Notes: generated from the sequence alone by a model not told the origin. A stretch of 64,000 nucleotides of DNA from Bdellovibrionales bacterium (GCA_964230645.1 CAXRHT010000002.1:352001-416000); one strand, 5' to 3'. Counted from the stretch's first letter, positions 19,071 to 29,581 are shown. Made by a program: numbers and translations.

Positions 19071-19331
19071 AGTGTCTCCACCCTTTTGAAGAGCAAAAAC
19101 AAGACCACTAAGAATCAATTTATTTCGTTATGAGACACCTGGAAGCCCCTTAATCTCTCGATGAGACAATTTGCGGCAGTCCTTTGTAGTTTTTATACAC
19201 GCTACGCCTTGGGCCTGTTCCTAAAGATTTAAGTCATCACCTCGTTCAAGAATGCAACAATCATGCTCCCAAGTTGAGCAAGATTTGGAATTAAATGGCG
19301 TTCTCATTAAGAGGGTGATAGCCTAATCGTA

Positions 19332-20900
19332 ATGAAAATTCAGCGCGAGGGCTCGCAAACAGTGAAACTGGGCACAGTTGCGCCCTTGTGGATAGCCTTA
19401 TTGGCACTCTCTCTTGTACTAGTAGTTTCAAGTGCTAAAGCGCAATTCATTCCCTTTTCCATGTGGCAACAACAAGACACTCAGACCAATGTCACTTGGC
19501 CTGATTTTCTTGGTTACAGCGAAAGCAAAACTTTTTCCGATATCTCTACGAGTATTTCGGTGGAACTCTCAGCTTCCTACAATGTCGGCACACCAACTAT
19601 CGAATTTCAAAAAAACTCCGAAGCTTGGACAGCTTTTACCCCGGGCTCACCCGCCACTGAAAATTTTAACGTTGACGACACCCTAAGATTTCGAGTGGTG
19701 GGCAATAAATTTGACTCAGCTGATATCACTGTCACGAACACCACAACAGGCAGTGCTGTTATCGACACCCTACAGGGCTCTTCGTTTTCTGGTTTTCAGA
19801 TGGAGGTTGTGACAAGTAATTCGGGAGTGAGCGGAAGCAATCAATTCCAACTGCCTCTGGTCAGTGGCGCCACCTATAATTTTGAAGTGGATTGGGGCGA
19901 TGGCAGTCACGATGTGATCACAGCCTTTAATGATCCTGAAGCTCTTCACACCTACCCTTCTTCTGGTGCTTACACCATAAATATCCGTGGCACTCTGGAG
20001 CGTTTGTACTTTAATAATGGAGGGGATGCCGCAAAACTTACCGACATTAGCTCATGGGGTGAGATTTCTTGGTCGAGTATGGACAGCGCTTTTTACGGCT
20101 GCAGTAACCTTAATGTCACCGCCTCCGACGCGCCTGATTTATCCTCTGTGACCGAGCTTTCAAGTATGTTTTGGGGAGCGACCTCCCTGGTTGGAACCGC
20201 AGCCTTTAATACTTGGAACACCTCAAACGTTACTGATTTCCAGGATTTGTTTCGTGAAGCCAGTTCCTTCAATCAAAATATCGGTTCATGGGATATGTCG
20301 AGTACTGTTCATGCCCACGGCATGTTTCGTGAGGCCACTTCTTTCAACCAAGATATTGGAGGCTGGACCTTTTCAACCGATCTGCGAGGAACTGGTGAGA
20401 TGTTCAGAGGTGCCACAGCCTTCAACCAAAACATAAACGCTTGGAATGTCGCCGATGCGACGAATATGAATCAAATGTTTCGAGACGCTGTTTCGTTTAA
20501 TCAACCCCTAAGCTCCTGGGACGTTTCCAGAAATCAACGCTTTAACTATATGTTCAAAGGCGCTACAAACTTTAATCAAGACATTAGCTCCTGGAACACT
20601 TCGAGCGCGATCACTTTTGAAAATATGTTTCAAGATGCCGTCAATTTTAACCAGAATATCGGCTCTTGGGACACCTCTTTAGTAGAAAACATGAAACAGG
20701 TTTTTGATGGTGCCTCAGCCTTCAATCAACCCATAGGAGGCTGGAATACAGCCTTGGTCACCACTATGGAACGAATGTTCCGTGATGCTTCCGTTTTCAA
20801 TGCCGACTGTAGTGGCTGGAACACTACTAATGTCACGAACTCGACGGATTTCGACCAGAATGCCTCAGCATGGCAGGCAGGAAATAAACCCACCTTCTAA
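19332..20900 (+). CDS. BspA-like/DUF285 repeat surface protein with PKD-like domain
   Basis: VDWGDG..HTY motif; multiple ~25-aa FNQ.I..W.....MF repeats. Confidence 0.9.
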   Translation: MKIQREGSQTVKLGTVAPLWIALLALSLVLVVSSAKAQFIPFSMWQQQDTQTNVTWPDFLGYSESKTFSDISTSISVELSASYNVGTPTIEFQKNSEAWTAFTPGSPATENFNVDDTLRFRVVGNKFDSADITVTNTTTGSAVIDTLQGSSFSGFQMEVVTSNSGVSGSNQFQLPLVSGATYNFEVDWGDGSHDVITAFNDPEALHTYPSSGAYTINIRGTLERLYFNNGGDAAKLTDISSWGEISWSSMDSAFYGCSNLNVTASDAPDLSSVTELSSMFWGATSLVGTAAFNTWNTSNVTDFQDLFREASSFNQNIGSWDMSSTVHAHGMFREATSFNQDIGGWTFSTDLRGTGEMFRGATAFNQNINAWNVADATNMNQMFRDAVSFNQPLSSWDVSRNQRFNYMFKGATNFNQDISSWNTSSAITFENMFQDAVNFNQNIGSWDTSLVENMKQVFDGASAFNQPIGGWNTALVTTMERMFRDASVFNADCSGWNTTNVTNSTDFDQNASAWQAGNKPTF

Positions 20901-21796
20901 TTTAACTGAGACAAATAAAGCCAAAGGGCTTTCTTCTCCATATCACTAAACTGCTTTAGTAGGTTCACTGGCATGGGGGCGCGAATGTTTTTTCCAGTCA
21001 AAGGAGAAACACCCGTCTCCATCATTTGATAGAACTTCTCTTCTGTCCACTGGGGTTGAGCTCCGAACCTAATGCTGGTTGCCTCGGGCCAAGAAGGGTC
21101 ACCACCAGGAATAGCTCCACCGCGATAATCACTTCCATGGCATCCTACACAGGTTTTGGCGAGATACTCTCCAAATTCGAGGCTTGCGGCCTCTTCAGGC
21201 TTATCGGCAAAACCCTTTTTCATGTCGATATGATGGGCAGGAAACATCACCGGCATTTTATTCAAACTCGCAAGGATTCTCGCCACAGGGCCAAAATGAT
21301 TTTCAGGACTTGGCTTTGGTACACTTTCTACACTTCGTATATAAGCAATTAAAGCAGCCGTATCCGATTTACTAAGAGCTTCGTAGTCAAATGAAGGCAT
21401 GAATTTCAAAGATCGGCCCGTAGGATGAACTCCGTAGCGGATAGCCTGCGCGATTTCTTCATCACTCCACTGCTCCAAGTTGAAAGGCGTTATATTGGCA
21501 CCGTGTATCGTCCCCATCGCAGGGGCATCCATCACCAGAACTCCAGCTAGGTCCTCTCCGTGACAATCGATACATCCATTCCGGACGGCATAAATTCTCT
21601 GCCCCAGCTTTCGATCGGCTTTTTTAACCTCCTCGGTTATCGAAAAATCTCGAAGCTCATCACTGAAGTCATGATTTCCAAGGCTTTGAAACTGATAAAA
21701 AACAAATGCCGAAAAAATGACTAGAACAATAAACAGGCTCGCCAATAGACAGACGATAATTTTCTTCATCGATTCCCTCAATTTTAGATTTTCCAA
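20897..21796 (-). CDS. membrane-anchored diheme cytochrome c
   Basis: CIDCH and CVGCH; NITP..W; N-terminal TM. Confidence 0.88.
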   Translation of the reverse strand: MENLKLRESMKKIIVCLLASLFIVLVIFSAFVFYQFQSLGNHDFSDELRDFSITEEVKKADRKLGQRIYAVRNGCIDCHGEDLAGVLVMDAPAMGTIHGANITPFNLEQWSDEEIAQAIRYGVHPTGRSLKFMPSFDYEALSKSDTAALIAYIRSVESVPKPSPENHFGPVARILASLNKMPVMFPAHHIDMKKGFADKPEEAASLEFGEYLAKTCVGCHGSDYRGGAIPGGDPSWPEATSIRFGAQPQWTEEKFYQMMETGVSPLTGKNIRAPMPVNLLKQFSDMEKKALWLYLSQLN

Positions 21797-21840
21797 AATT
21801 TTAGGACAAAGAGTTTAGAGAATCTATCATTAAATTATCT

Positions 21841-22341
21841 CTAGAGATGCCCCGTGAAACACTGCACCCATTTATTGCCGCTCATGCCGATCCCTGAGTA
21901 CCTAAGGTTGGGATTGAGGATATTAGCACGGTGACCGCTGGAGCTCATCCAAGCTTCCACCACCTGGAGAACCTCGGAGCCGGTGGCAATATTTTCTGCT
22001 CGAAAACCACCAATCCCAAAGCGATCCATGCGCTCTGAAAAAGTTTCTCCAGGGCTGTCATGGGAAAAATAGCCGAATTCGTTCATATGTTCGGCATGAT
22101 ACTGGGCCGCCTGCACACAATTTGTGGAAGGAGAAAAAGGCTCCAAGCCGCGCGAGACTCTCTCCTCATTGATCAACTGGTGCATTTCACACTCTCGCTC
22201 ACCCATCTCAGCACAAAGTAAGCGTCCAGACTCCGAGTACTCCCCTTCGGATTGCAACTCATGAGTGCCTGAGCAACCCAAAAAAATTATTAAACTACTA
22301 AGTAACAAAACAAAAACTTTCACAACTGAGAAGAATTGCAA
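21841..22341 (-). CDS. CAP/SCP domain lipoprotein
   Basis: FLGC lipobox; INEER, FSHDS, ENIA, WMSSSGHRANIL. Confidence 0.9.
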   Translation of the reverse strand: MQFFSVVKVFVLLLSSLIIFLGCSGTHELQSEGEYSESGRLLCAEMGERECEMHQLINEERVSRGLEPFSPSTNCVQAAQYHAEHMNEFGYFSHDSPGETFSERMDRFGIGGFRAENIATGSEVLQVVEAWMSSSGHRANILNPNLRYSGIGMSGNKWVQCFTGHL

Positions 22342-22511
22342 AAACCATTCTCAAAAACGAGAGCTCAATTGGCTTTATTTTCGAATTGAAGGAAGTTTTT
22401 CTCCCTTTTTTGTCTAATGAAAAAAGAGAAGACAAAAAAAGCCAAACAGTTCTCATAAGTTTGGACATTTTATTTTGATTAATCGCAGGAAAGTGCCTAC
22501 CTTAGGAATCT

Positions 22512-23702
22512 ATGAATTTTAGCTTCAGTGATCTTTTGCTTTTTTCGGGAATTTTCCTTTTCTTAGGAATCATTGTGACCAAACCCTCCCAGCGTTTTGG
22601 TTTCCCTGCCTTGATTATCTATATGGCCGTTGGATTTGTTTTCGGAAATGGTGGTGAATACGACTTTCTTTTCGATTTTCCAGAAGCGGTCAGCGCCTAC
22701 AGCCAACTTGCCATAGGCTTTATTGTTTTCATTGGAGGGCTTTCTACCTCCATGGATAAAATCCGCTGCTCTTGGAAAGAGGGAGTTTCACTGGCCAGTG
22801 TCGGAGTTTTTGTGACCACCCTTCTTGTAGCCGCCTTCACTTCCGTCTTCTTGGGATACAGCCTAGAGGTGGGCCTTCTTATTGGAGCGGTTTTATCGGC
22901 CACCGATTCGGCCGCAGTTTACGCTATTCTTGAATCTAAAAAACTTAAGCTCAAAGAAAATACGGCCGAAACCCTGGAGCTTGAATCCTCCACCAATGAT
23001 CCCATGGCTTTTTTCCTGACCCTCGCACTGACCCTTGTGCTTGCTCAAGGTCAGGGAGTGGGCTGGCATTTACTTCTTCCCTTTTTACAGCAAACAGCTT
23101 TTGGTTTTTTCCTTGGAATTCTGTTCGGCTCTTTTTTCTCCTACCTTCTTGACCGCCTCAATTTAGAAACCCCAGGTCTTTATCCTGTCCTAATATTGTC
23201 TATGTGTTTTGTTCTTTTAGGCCTCTCCCCTCTGATTAATGCCAACTCGCTGCTGGCACTTTTTGTGGCTGGAGTTTTGATACGAAAAAATCTTAACTTT
23301 GAAAAATTAAAATTTGATAGTTTCTTTGAAAGCCTGTCTTGGTTGATGAGGATTTCACTTTTTATGGTTTTGGGACTTCAAGCCGACCCCCCACGTATGC
23401 TAGAGAATATCGGCATCTCCTTATCTATCACTTTGTTTTTAATTTTTATCGGCCGACCCATTGCTGTTTTTGCCAGTCTTGTCTTTTCTAAATCAAGTTT
23501 TAATAAAAAACTTTTTATCTCTTGGGTGGGCTTGAGAGGGGCTACTCCCATTGCCTTTGCACTCATTCCATTAACCTACGATCTTGAAATCGGAGACTTT
23601 CTCTTTGATGTGGCCTTTCAAGTGGTATGTTTGTCTGTCTTTTTACAGAGTGCCTCTTTAGATTGGATGGCCAGAAAACTTAAGCTCGTGCAATCGGCAT
23701 AA
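22512..23702 (+). CDS. K+/H+ antiporter (CPA1, CvrA/NhaP2-like, membrane domain only)
   Basis: ATDSAAV, LELESSTNDP, WVGLRGATPI; many TM helices. Confidence 0.88.
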   Translation: MNFSFSDLLLFSGIFLFLGIIVTKPSQRFGFPALIIYMAVGFVFGNGGEYDFLFDFPEAVSAYSQLAIGFIVFIGGLSTSMDKIRCSWKEGVSLASVGVFVTTLLVAAFTSVFLGYSLEVGLLIGAVLSATDSAAVYAILESKKLKLKENTAETLELESSTNDPMAFFLTLALTLVLAQGQGVGWHLLLPFLQQTAFGFFLGILFGSFFSYLLDRLNLETPGLYPVLILSMCFVLLGLSPLINANSLLALFVAGVLIRKNLNFEKLKFDSFFESLSWLMRISLFMVLGLQADPPRMLENIGISLSITLFLIFIGRPIAVFASLVFSKSSFNKKLFISWVGLRGATPIAFALIPLTYDLEIGDFLFDVAFQVVCLSVFLQSASLDWMARKLKLVQSA

Positions 23703-23730
23703 AAAAAGGAGCTTTTAAAAAGCTCCTTTT
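23701..23730. terminator. bidirectional terminator
   Basis: aaaaggagcttt/aaagctcctttt between convergent genes. Confidence 0.8.
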
Positions 23731-23768
23731 GCATAACTTAAAAAGGTTAAATTCTAATAGAGATGACT

Positions 23769-26237
23769 CTACCCCTCATAATCAGTTGGGAAAGCCACCT
23801 CTCCTCTGCGAGCAAGATATTGCTCTTGAGTGAATGAATCCACTTGGATGGCGTCATTACGCATTTCCTGAGCTTTGCTGAGAGTCTCATACTCCTCTTG
23901 AGTGATAACCTTTTTCTCTAAAGCAAGCTCAATGAGCTTGGCCACTCTTTGTTTGGGAAGAGTTTTGGCTTTCACAGCGTTTCTAATTTTCTTCTCAATG
24001 GACTCGGCCTTTTTCACCATTTTAAAAGTGTTATCCAAACGAGTTAGAGCATCTTTTGGATTCTTTGACATAAAGATTCCCTGAGTCAGGCGATCTCTTT
24101 GCTCAGAGTCCTGTTGGATAAGTTTTGCTACTTGATGAGAGACTTTATCGGAAGTGTCGCCAGTGAGAGCATTAAAGCGCGTCCACCATGTGATCGGTCC
24201 TCTAAACAACCACCCCAGCCCTGGAACAGGAAGGTTCTCAAAAATCCCCTCAAAGGATCTTTGAATCTCCTGAAAACCGTAATCCACAGCGAACTGAACC
24301 ACAGGAAGGTCTTCTTTCTTGCGGCCCTCTTCTTCAAAGCGACGTAGCACACAGGTGTTCAAATACATCCAACCTAAAATATCGGCGTATCGTCCGGTCA
24401 ACTTTCCTTTTGTTTTTAGGCCTCCTCCGAGAGTTCCCATAGCAACATCAGACATAAGTGCAAACACAGCCGAAGACCAAGCCAATTTCTGATAAGCCCT
24501 TTTCATGGGCCCACCAGGAGTGGAGACTAAATATCCACGAGTGATAGAAAGGAGAATGGTTCGACATAAGTTTGCAACCACATGTCCCACATGCCCCCAG
24601 AAAGCCTTATCAAAACCTTTCAGGTCGTTGTTTTCAACGGCTGATACTTCTTTATAGGCGTAAGGGTGAGCTCTCAGAGCCCCTTGACCGAAGATGATCA
24701 AAGTACGGGTCATAATGTTGGCCCCTTCAACTGTAATCCCAATGGGGGCTGCGATATAGGGGTGAGCCATTACGTTTCTTGGACCACGAGAGATCCCCGC
24801 TCCTCCAAGAATATCCATGGAATCATTGACCACCTTTCTCATCATTTCAGTGCTGTAGTACTTAGCAATCGCGGTCACAACAGGAGATTTTACCCCACTA
24901 TCAATGGAGCCTGCGGTAAAAATACGACACGATTCCATAATGTAGTTCATACCCACAATGCGAGCCAGAGCCTCTTCCACTCCCTCAAACTTCCCAACAG
25001 GAAGACCAAACTGCTTTCTATTGGTGGCATGGGCTGAAACGGCACGGCTAGCAAATTTACCCGCACCGGCTGATTGAGATGGTAAGGAAATACCGCGACC
25101 AGCCGTGAGGCAATCCATCAGCATGCCCCAACCTTTTCCACAGCCATCAATTCCACCAACAACCACATCTTCAATGGCCACTTCAACGTTTTCCCCTTGA
25201 GTGGGACAGTTGAAAAACGGCACGCCGAGAGGATCGTGGCGCTCGCCTGTAATTACCCCTTTGGTGTCTGTCGAGATCAATGCACAGGTGATTCCAACAT
25301 CTTCTCCTTTACCGAGAAGATTTTCCGGATCTCTTAAGCGAAAGGCCACTCCAAGTAAAGTCGACATGGCTGCCAGTGTGATCCAGCGCTTGTTCCAATT
25401 CATGCGGATATAAAGTCGACCATCATCGCCTTTGTAAACGACAGCGTCAGATTGAATGGATCCGGCGTCACTTCCTGCATGGGGTTCTGTGAGAGCAAAA
25501 CAAGGGATCTCGTCACCTACCGCTAGTCGAGGAAGATATTTTTTCTTCTGCTCTGGCGTTCCATAGTTATGAAGAAGTTCAGCAGGCCCCAGGGAGTTTG
25601 GCACCATGATAAAGACACTCAAACCAATCGAACGAGTCGAGAGTTTGCAAATGGCTTCCGAGTGAGCCAAAGCCGAGAATCCAAGACCACCGTCTTCTTC
25701 GGGAATGATCATTCCAAAAAACTTTTCTTTTTTAATAAACTCTAAAGCCTCATCAGTGAATTCTCGGGTCTCCCAAAGTTTCCAATCGTCCACCATTTCA
25801 CAAAGAGCGTCGACTTTTTCGTCCACAATTTTTTGTTCTTTATCAGTGAGTTTGGGAAAGGGCTCTTTTAAGATTTTTTTGAAATCAGGTTTACCTGAGA
25901 AAAGATCACTTTCAATCCATACCACTCCGGCTTCAAGAGCGGTTCTTTCCGTATCAGAAATTTTAGGAATGAGTCCTAAGTTCTTAAAAAGCGAAAGCAC
26001 TCCGGACGAGACCAGAAAACGACGAATGGGAGTATTAAACACCAAAGCGATGACTGCAAAAATAATCAAAGCAACAGGAGGTGCCCCCCACAAATAAAGG
26101 AGACCCAAGGAGACAAGAGTCCAAACAAATAAAGGAGAAGCGAAGTATCCTAAAAACAATAGAACAAGTACACTCAACCCAATAAACCAACCACAATATT
26201 CACCGGCAAAAAATCCGTAGTACATTAAATTTTCCAA
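23769..26237 (-). CDS. fadE: long acyl-CoA dehydrogenase (FadE type)
   Basis: CFALTEPHAGSDAGS, WNKRWITLA, PIGITVEGANI, FGQGALRAHPY; N-terminal TM and long C-terminal extension. Confidence 0.93.
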   Translation of the reverse strand: MENLMYYGFFAGEYCGWFIGLSVLVLLFLGYFASPLFVWTLVSLGLLYLWGAPPVALIIFAVIALVFNTPIRRFLVSSGVLSLFKNLGLIPKISDTERTALEAGVVWIESDLFSGKPDFKKILKEPFPKLTDKEQKIVDEKVDALCEMVDDWKLWETREFTDEALEFIKKEKFFGMIIPEEDGGLGFSALAHSEAICKLSTRSIGLSVFIMVPNSLGPAELLHNYGTPEQKKKYLPRLAVGDEIPCFALTEPHAGSDAGSIQSDAVVYKGDDGRLYIRMNWNKRWITLAAMSTLLGVAFRLRDPENLLGKGEDVGITCALISTDTKGVITGERHDPLGVPFFNCPTQGENVEVAIEDVVVGGIDGCGKGWGMLMDCLTAGRGISLPSQSAGAGKFASRAVSAHATNRKQFGLPVGKFEGVEEALARIVGMNYIMESCRIFTAGSIDSGVKSPVVTAIAKYYSTEMMRKVVNDSMDILGGAGISRGPRNVMAHPYIAAPIGITVEGANIMTRTLIIFGQGALRAHPYAYKEVSAVENNDLKGFDKAFWGHVGHVVANLCRTILLSITRGYLVSTPGGPMKRAYQKLAWSSAVFALMSDVAMGTLGGGLKTKGKLTGRYADILGWMYLNTCVLRRFEEEGRKKEDLPVVQFAVDYGFQEIQRSFEGIFENLPVPGLGWLFRGPITWWTRFNALTGDTSDKVSHQVAKLIQQDSEQRDRLTQGIFMSKNPKDALTRLDNTFKMVKKAESIEKKIRNAVKAKTLPKQRVAKLIELALEKKVITQEEYETLSKAQEMRNDAIQVDSFTQEQYLARRGEVAFPTDYEG

Positions 26238-26399
26238 AAGTCATTCCTCCTACGACTGCTTCCAATTGTACAACAAATGCTTGGATTGTCAGGTGTTTCG
26301 CAATAGCAAGCTGCATTAGTTACAAGCTATAACAAAACAATTTTCGTGTAAAAAAAGTCACAGATGACGTCACCCTTTTTTTAAAGTAGTTCTCCTTTC

Positions 26400-26804
26400 A
26401 TGAACGTTGTCTGCGCTCTACTCATTCAAAGAGGTCGAGTTCTTTTAGCAAAAAGGCCGGCCCACAAAAACAAAGCCCACCACTGGGAGTTTCCCGGAGG
26501 AAAAATCCATCCGGGCGAAAATGAGATAAAAGCCCTCGCACGAGAACTCCTTGAAGAACTAAAACTCCAGGTTGATGTGAAGAAATTTAAAAAAATAGGA
26601 GATCTTGAGGATAAAAATCTTCGCCTTCACTTTTTCTATTATTTTTTGCAAGAGACCTTGAGCCCCCAAGAGCATTCCTCCCTAGGATGGTTTAAAATCG
26701 AGGACCTTAAAAACCACCGCCTCTGTCCCCTTGACCAAAAAGCCTGCCGTCTCTGGGAGAATTCCTTGAAAAATCTCCTCACCCAGAGCCTTATAGAAAC
26801 TTAA
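26400..26804 (+). CDS. Nudix hydrolase (MutT-like)
   Basis: WEFPGGKIHPGE...ALARELLEEL Nudix box. Confidence 0.9.
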   Translation: MNVVCALLIQRGRVLLAKRPAHKNKAHHWEFPGGKIHPGENEIKALARELLEELKLQVDVKKFKKIGDLEDKNLRLHFFYYFLQETLSPQEHSSLGWFKIEDLKNHRLCPLDQKACRLWENSLKNLLTQSLIET

Positions 26805-27052
26805 TGGTCCACTTTGGCACCATTAAGTATTCTTAATGATACCTCATCTATAAGAATAATTTTTGCTAGAGCTAAAAAATGGTTATAAGAAACTTGTTAA
26901 ACACATTGAAGAAACATTCGTTAGACGGACGTTTTGAAAATGACCCCAACGAGATCCCCCCAATAGATCTCAATTGTTTGTTCTCTCGGTGGTGTCCCCC
27001 ACCGGGAGAGTCCCCTTTCCCCAAAAAAAACAAAACTAACCCCAATCCCCAG

Positions 27053-27133
27053 TATCCAGAATACCGTCTCCGGCATACAGTATCCGGGGAAAATCCTGGA
27101 TCCAGGATACCGGGCCCTGAATCCAGGATCCCG
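27053..27133. repeat. degenerate 7-bp tandem repeats (consensus about NATCCNG), two blocks of 5 and 6 units
   Basis: tatccag aataccg tctccgg catacag tatccgg (ggaa) aatcctg gatccag gataccg ggccctg aatccag gatcccg. Confidence 0.7.
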
Positions 27134-27229
27134 GGAAAATATCAAGAATGCCGGTCACTGGGGCCGTTAGGTTCCTGACTCAATCCCCGCCACCCCTTTG
27201 ACAGGCCTTAGGACCTAAAGCTTCACTTT

Positions 27230-27256
27230 CAAAGCCTATCTCCAAATTACCGAGAT
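27230..27256 (+). promoter_or_regulatory. putative sigma28-like promoter
   Basis: CAAA-N15-ACCGAGAT upstream of ORF 27361. Confidence 0.3.
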
Positions 27257-27360
27257 CTTTGCTTTTTTAACACTCTGTGTTTTTACCTTTAGCCCTCCTC
27301 CCTAGGTCAAGGGGCGATTCTTGCAACTCCTCTAATTTGTGACAAATTTGAGGAGGTCTC

Positions 27361-27564
27361 ATGGACGAGATGACTAGAGAAGAGATAATTAAACGCCACC
27401 GCCGCTACCAGAATTTCATGCGCTCAATCAATTGCTGCCCCCTGTGCTCCAATCCATTGACGCTCATCCATGAAATCGATGAAGAAGAGGAAACGATCAA
27501 GGAAACGGCCCATTGCGATCAGTGTGATCTAGAAACCCGTAGGAAGGATCACTCACGCCATTGA
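27361..27564 (+). CDS. small zinc-ribbon protein
   Basis: CPLC...CDQC; GAGGAGGT RBS; hairpin at 27585-27607 follows. Confidence 0.75.
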   Translation: MDEMTREEIIKRHRRYQNFMRSINCCPLCSNPLTLIHEIDEEEETIKETAHCDQCDLETRRKDHSRH

Positions 27565-27687
27565 TATTTCAACAATCATTTTATAGGCCTTCTCAATAAG
27601 AAGGCCTCCCCTTCCCCTGTAAGAGTCCACTGGGCCTCTACACTTTCTGCCTTGCCAGATTCCCAGTGAATCTTTAAACTCCCATCC

Positions 27688-28314
27688 ATGAAATTAACAA
27701 ACCTTATAATTATGTGTTTTATGGGCTTTTTAATGGGCTCAAATCTTGCTCAGGGCGCTGAGAAATCAACCCAACCTAAAAAAACGACCCAAAACAAAAA
27801 GGAGTCCCCAGTGAAAGTTCTTATTAAAACCAACAAGGGATCCATCACACTTGAACTCAATCAAGAAAAAGCTCCCATCACCGTCAAAAATTTTCTTAAT
27901 TATGTCGACCGAAAATTTTATGACGACTTGGTTTTCCACCGTGTGATCGATGATTTTATGATCCAAGGGGGAGGCTTCGATAAAGACCTAAAGCTTCGCC
28001 CCACGGATGCTCCCATCAAAAATGAGGCTGCTAACGGCTTGAAAAATGACAAGGGAACCGTCGCCATGGCCAGGACCCCAGACCCCGACAGTGCCTCCTC
28101 CCAGTTTTTTATCAATCTCAAAGACAATGACTTCCTCAACTATAGCGGCCCCCTTCCCAGTCAAATGGGCTACGCGGTTTTCGGAAAAGTGGTAGATGGC
28201 ATGGATGTGGTCGAAAAAATTGGTAAAGTGCAGACGACTGCCTCGGGACAAATGAGAGATGTGCCGGCTGAGCCCGTTATTATCGAAAGCATCCGTAAGG
28301 TCGAAGAGTCTTAA
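27688..28314 (+). CDS. periplasmic cyclophilin-type PPIase (PpiA/PpiB-like)
   Basis: FHRVIDDFMIQGGG, AMART..PDSASSQFFIN, GYAVFGKV; signal peptide. Confidence 0.95.
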   Translation: MKLTNLIIMCFMGFLMGSNLAQGAEKSTQPKKTTQNKKESPVKVLIKTNKGSITLELNQEKAPITVKNFLNYVDRKFYDDLVFHRVIDDFMIQGGGFDKDLKLRPTDAPIKNEAANGLKNDKGTVAMARTPDPDSASSQFFINLKDNDFLNYSGPLPSQMGYAVFGKVVDGMDVVEKIGKVQTTASGQMRDVPAEPVIIESIRKVEES

Positions 28315-28338
28315 TTCATTTAAAGTCGGAATTTTCTC

Positions 28339-29064
28339 ATGTTCAGTGGTATTGAAGATCAAATTGCAGCCTGGTTCCTACAAATCGCCTACCAACCCTA
28401 TTTGGTATATGGCCTTGTCATTGGACTGATGTTTGCCTCAAGCTTTGGTCTTCCACTCCCTGAAGAGGTCACGATCATTAGTGCGAGCCTCACAGCCTTT
28501 ATGGCCACCCACCCTCTTCGTTACCCGCCACCTAGTGAGGGAGCTGTGGGAGTCAACCCTTACACCTTGGCCTGTATCTGCCTTTTTGCCGTTTTTGTGA
28601 GTGATTTCGTTATTTATTGGATTGGTTCGTTTTTTGGCTACAAACTGATGCGACATCCCCGCTGGAAAGATAAATTCCAAGGACGCTCATTTAAGACGGT
28701 GCAAAAATGGATTCAGAACTATGGAACTCTGGCTCCTTTTATTTTCCGCTTCACCCCTGGGCTACGCTTCCCGGGGCATATGATGTGTGGAGCCATTGGA
28801 CTTCCTCGTTGGAAGTTTGTCTTGGTGGTCGGTCTCGCGGCCCTTTTCACTGTACCAACACAAGTGATCTTAATTAGCATTTATGGAGAGGTGATCCTCA
28901 ATCTTCTGAGTAAAGTGAAGACGGTGATCGTAATTGGAGCCTCGGTGTTTTTTGTGGGCTACCTGATTTATAAGTGGAAGTTTGAAAAAGAAAAAATCGA
29001 AGAGGAAGTGGCAGAGCCGCATCCCCCTGGGAAAATTCCCAAAGAAAATCGGCCCGACCTTTAA
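28339..29064 (+). CDS. DedA family membrane protein
   Basis: GLPLPEEV, SDFVIYWIG, FRFTPGLR. Confidence 0.9.
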   Translation: MFSGIEDQIAAWFLQIAYQPYLVYGLVIGLMFASSFGLPLPEEVTIISASLTAFMATHPLRYPPPSEGAVGVNPYTLACICLFAVFVSDFVIYWIGSFFGYKLMRHPRWKDKFQGRSFKTVQKWIQNYGTLAPFIFRFTPGLRFPGHMMCGAIGLPRWKFVLVVGLAALFTVPTQVILISIYGEVILNLLSKVKTVIVIGASVFFVGYLIYKWKFEKEKIEEEVAEPHPPGKIPKENRPDL

Positions 29065-29070
29065 AAAATT

Positions 29071-29508
29071 CTACTGGCAAATCACCTGGCTATTGCCCTC
29101 TTCCTGGCAAATTAAATAAGCTTCAATGGTATTGTTTTCCGTTAAACCTAAAATATCGGCGTCAAAAGCTTTTCCATCGGTTCTTGAAATCACGATTTTT
29201 TGAGTCTCAACTCGGGTCCAAGAAACAAAGTTGGCTTCTGGATTCTCCTCACAGCCTCCTTTATTTTCGTTAACAAGGCTGTTTGTTTCAGAAAAATTGT
29301 ACTCAACGTTTTCATCATTGCTAAGGTCGATTTGAGTGTCGACACTGCCCTGATCTCCCCAAACTCTCTTAGTCACAGTTAAAGTGTTTTGGATATGGCC
29401 GTTGGTGGTCTGAACGGTACCTTCAGCATTGCTGCAATAGACTTGGTAAAATGAAGCTTGAGCCTGAAGGCTTGCGAAAGAAAATAAAACAATTGTTAGT
29501 AATTTCAT
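29071..29508 (-). CDS. secreted hypothetical protein (4 Cys)
   Basis: Signal peptide ending AQA; AAGGAG RBS. Confidence 0.75.
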   Translation of the reverse strand: MKLLTIVLFSFASLQAQASFYQVYCSNAEGTVQTTNGHIQNTLTVTKRVWGDQGSVDTQIDLSNDENVEYNFSETNSLVNENKGGCEENPEANFVSWTRVETQKIVISRTDGKAFDADILGLTENNTIEAYLICQEEGNSQVICQ

Positions 29509-29581
29509 AGGATTCTCCTTGGTTTTGCTTTGACCTCTACTAGCAACAATACAGAAGAAGGAAAGCCAATTTCAAGGAAAC

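Noticed and set aside
26879..27178. 99-aa Pro-rich ORF and its antisense ORF
   Set aside because: The composition is explained by the heptamer repeats and C-rich tracts; no clear RBS or motif.
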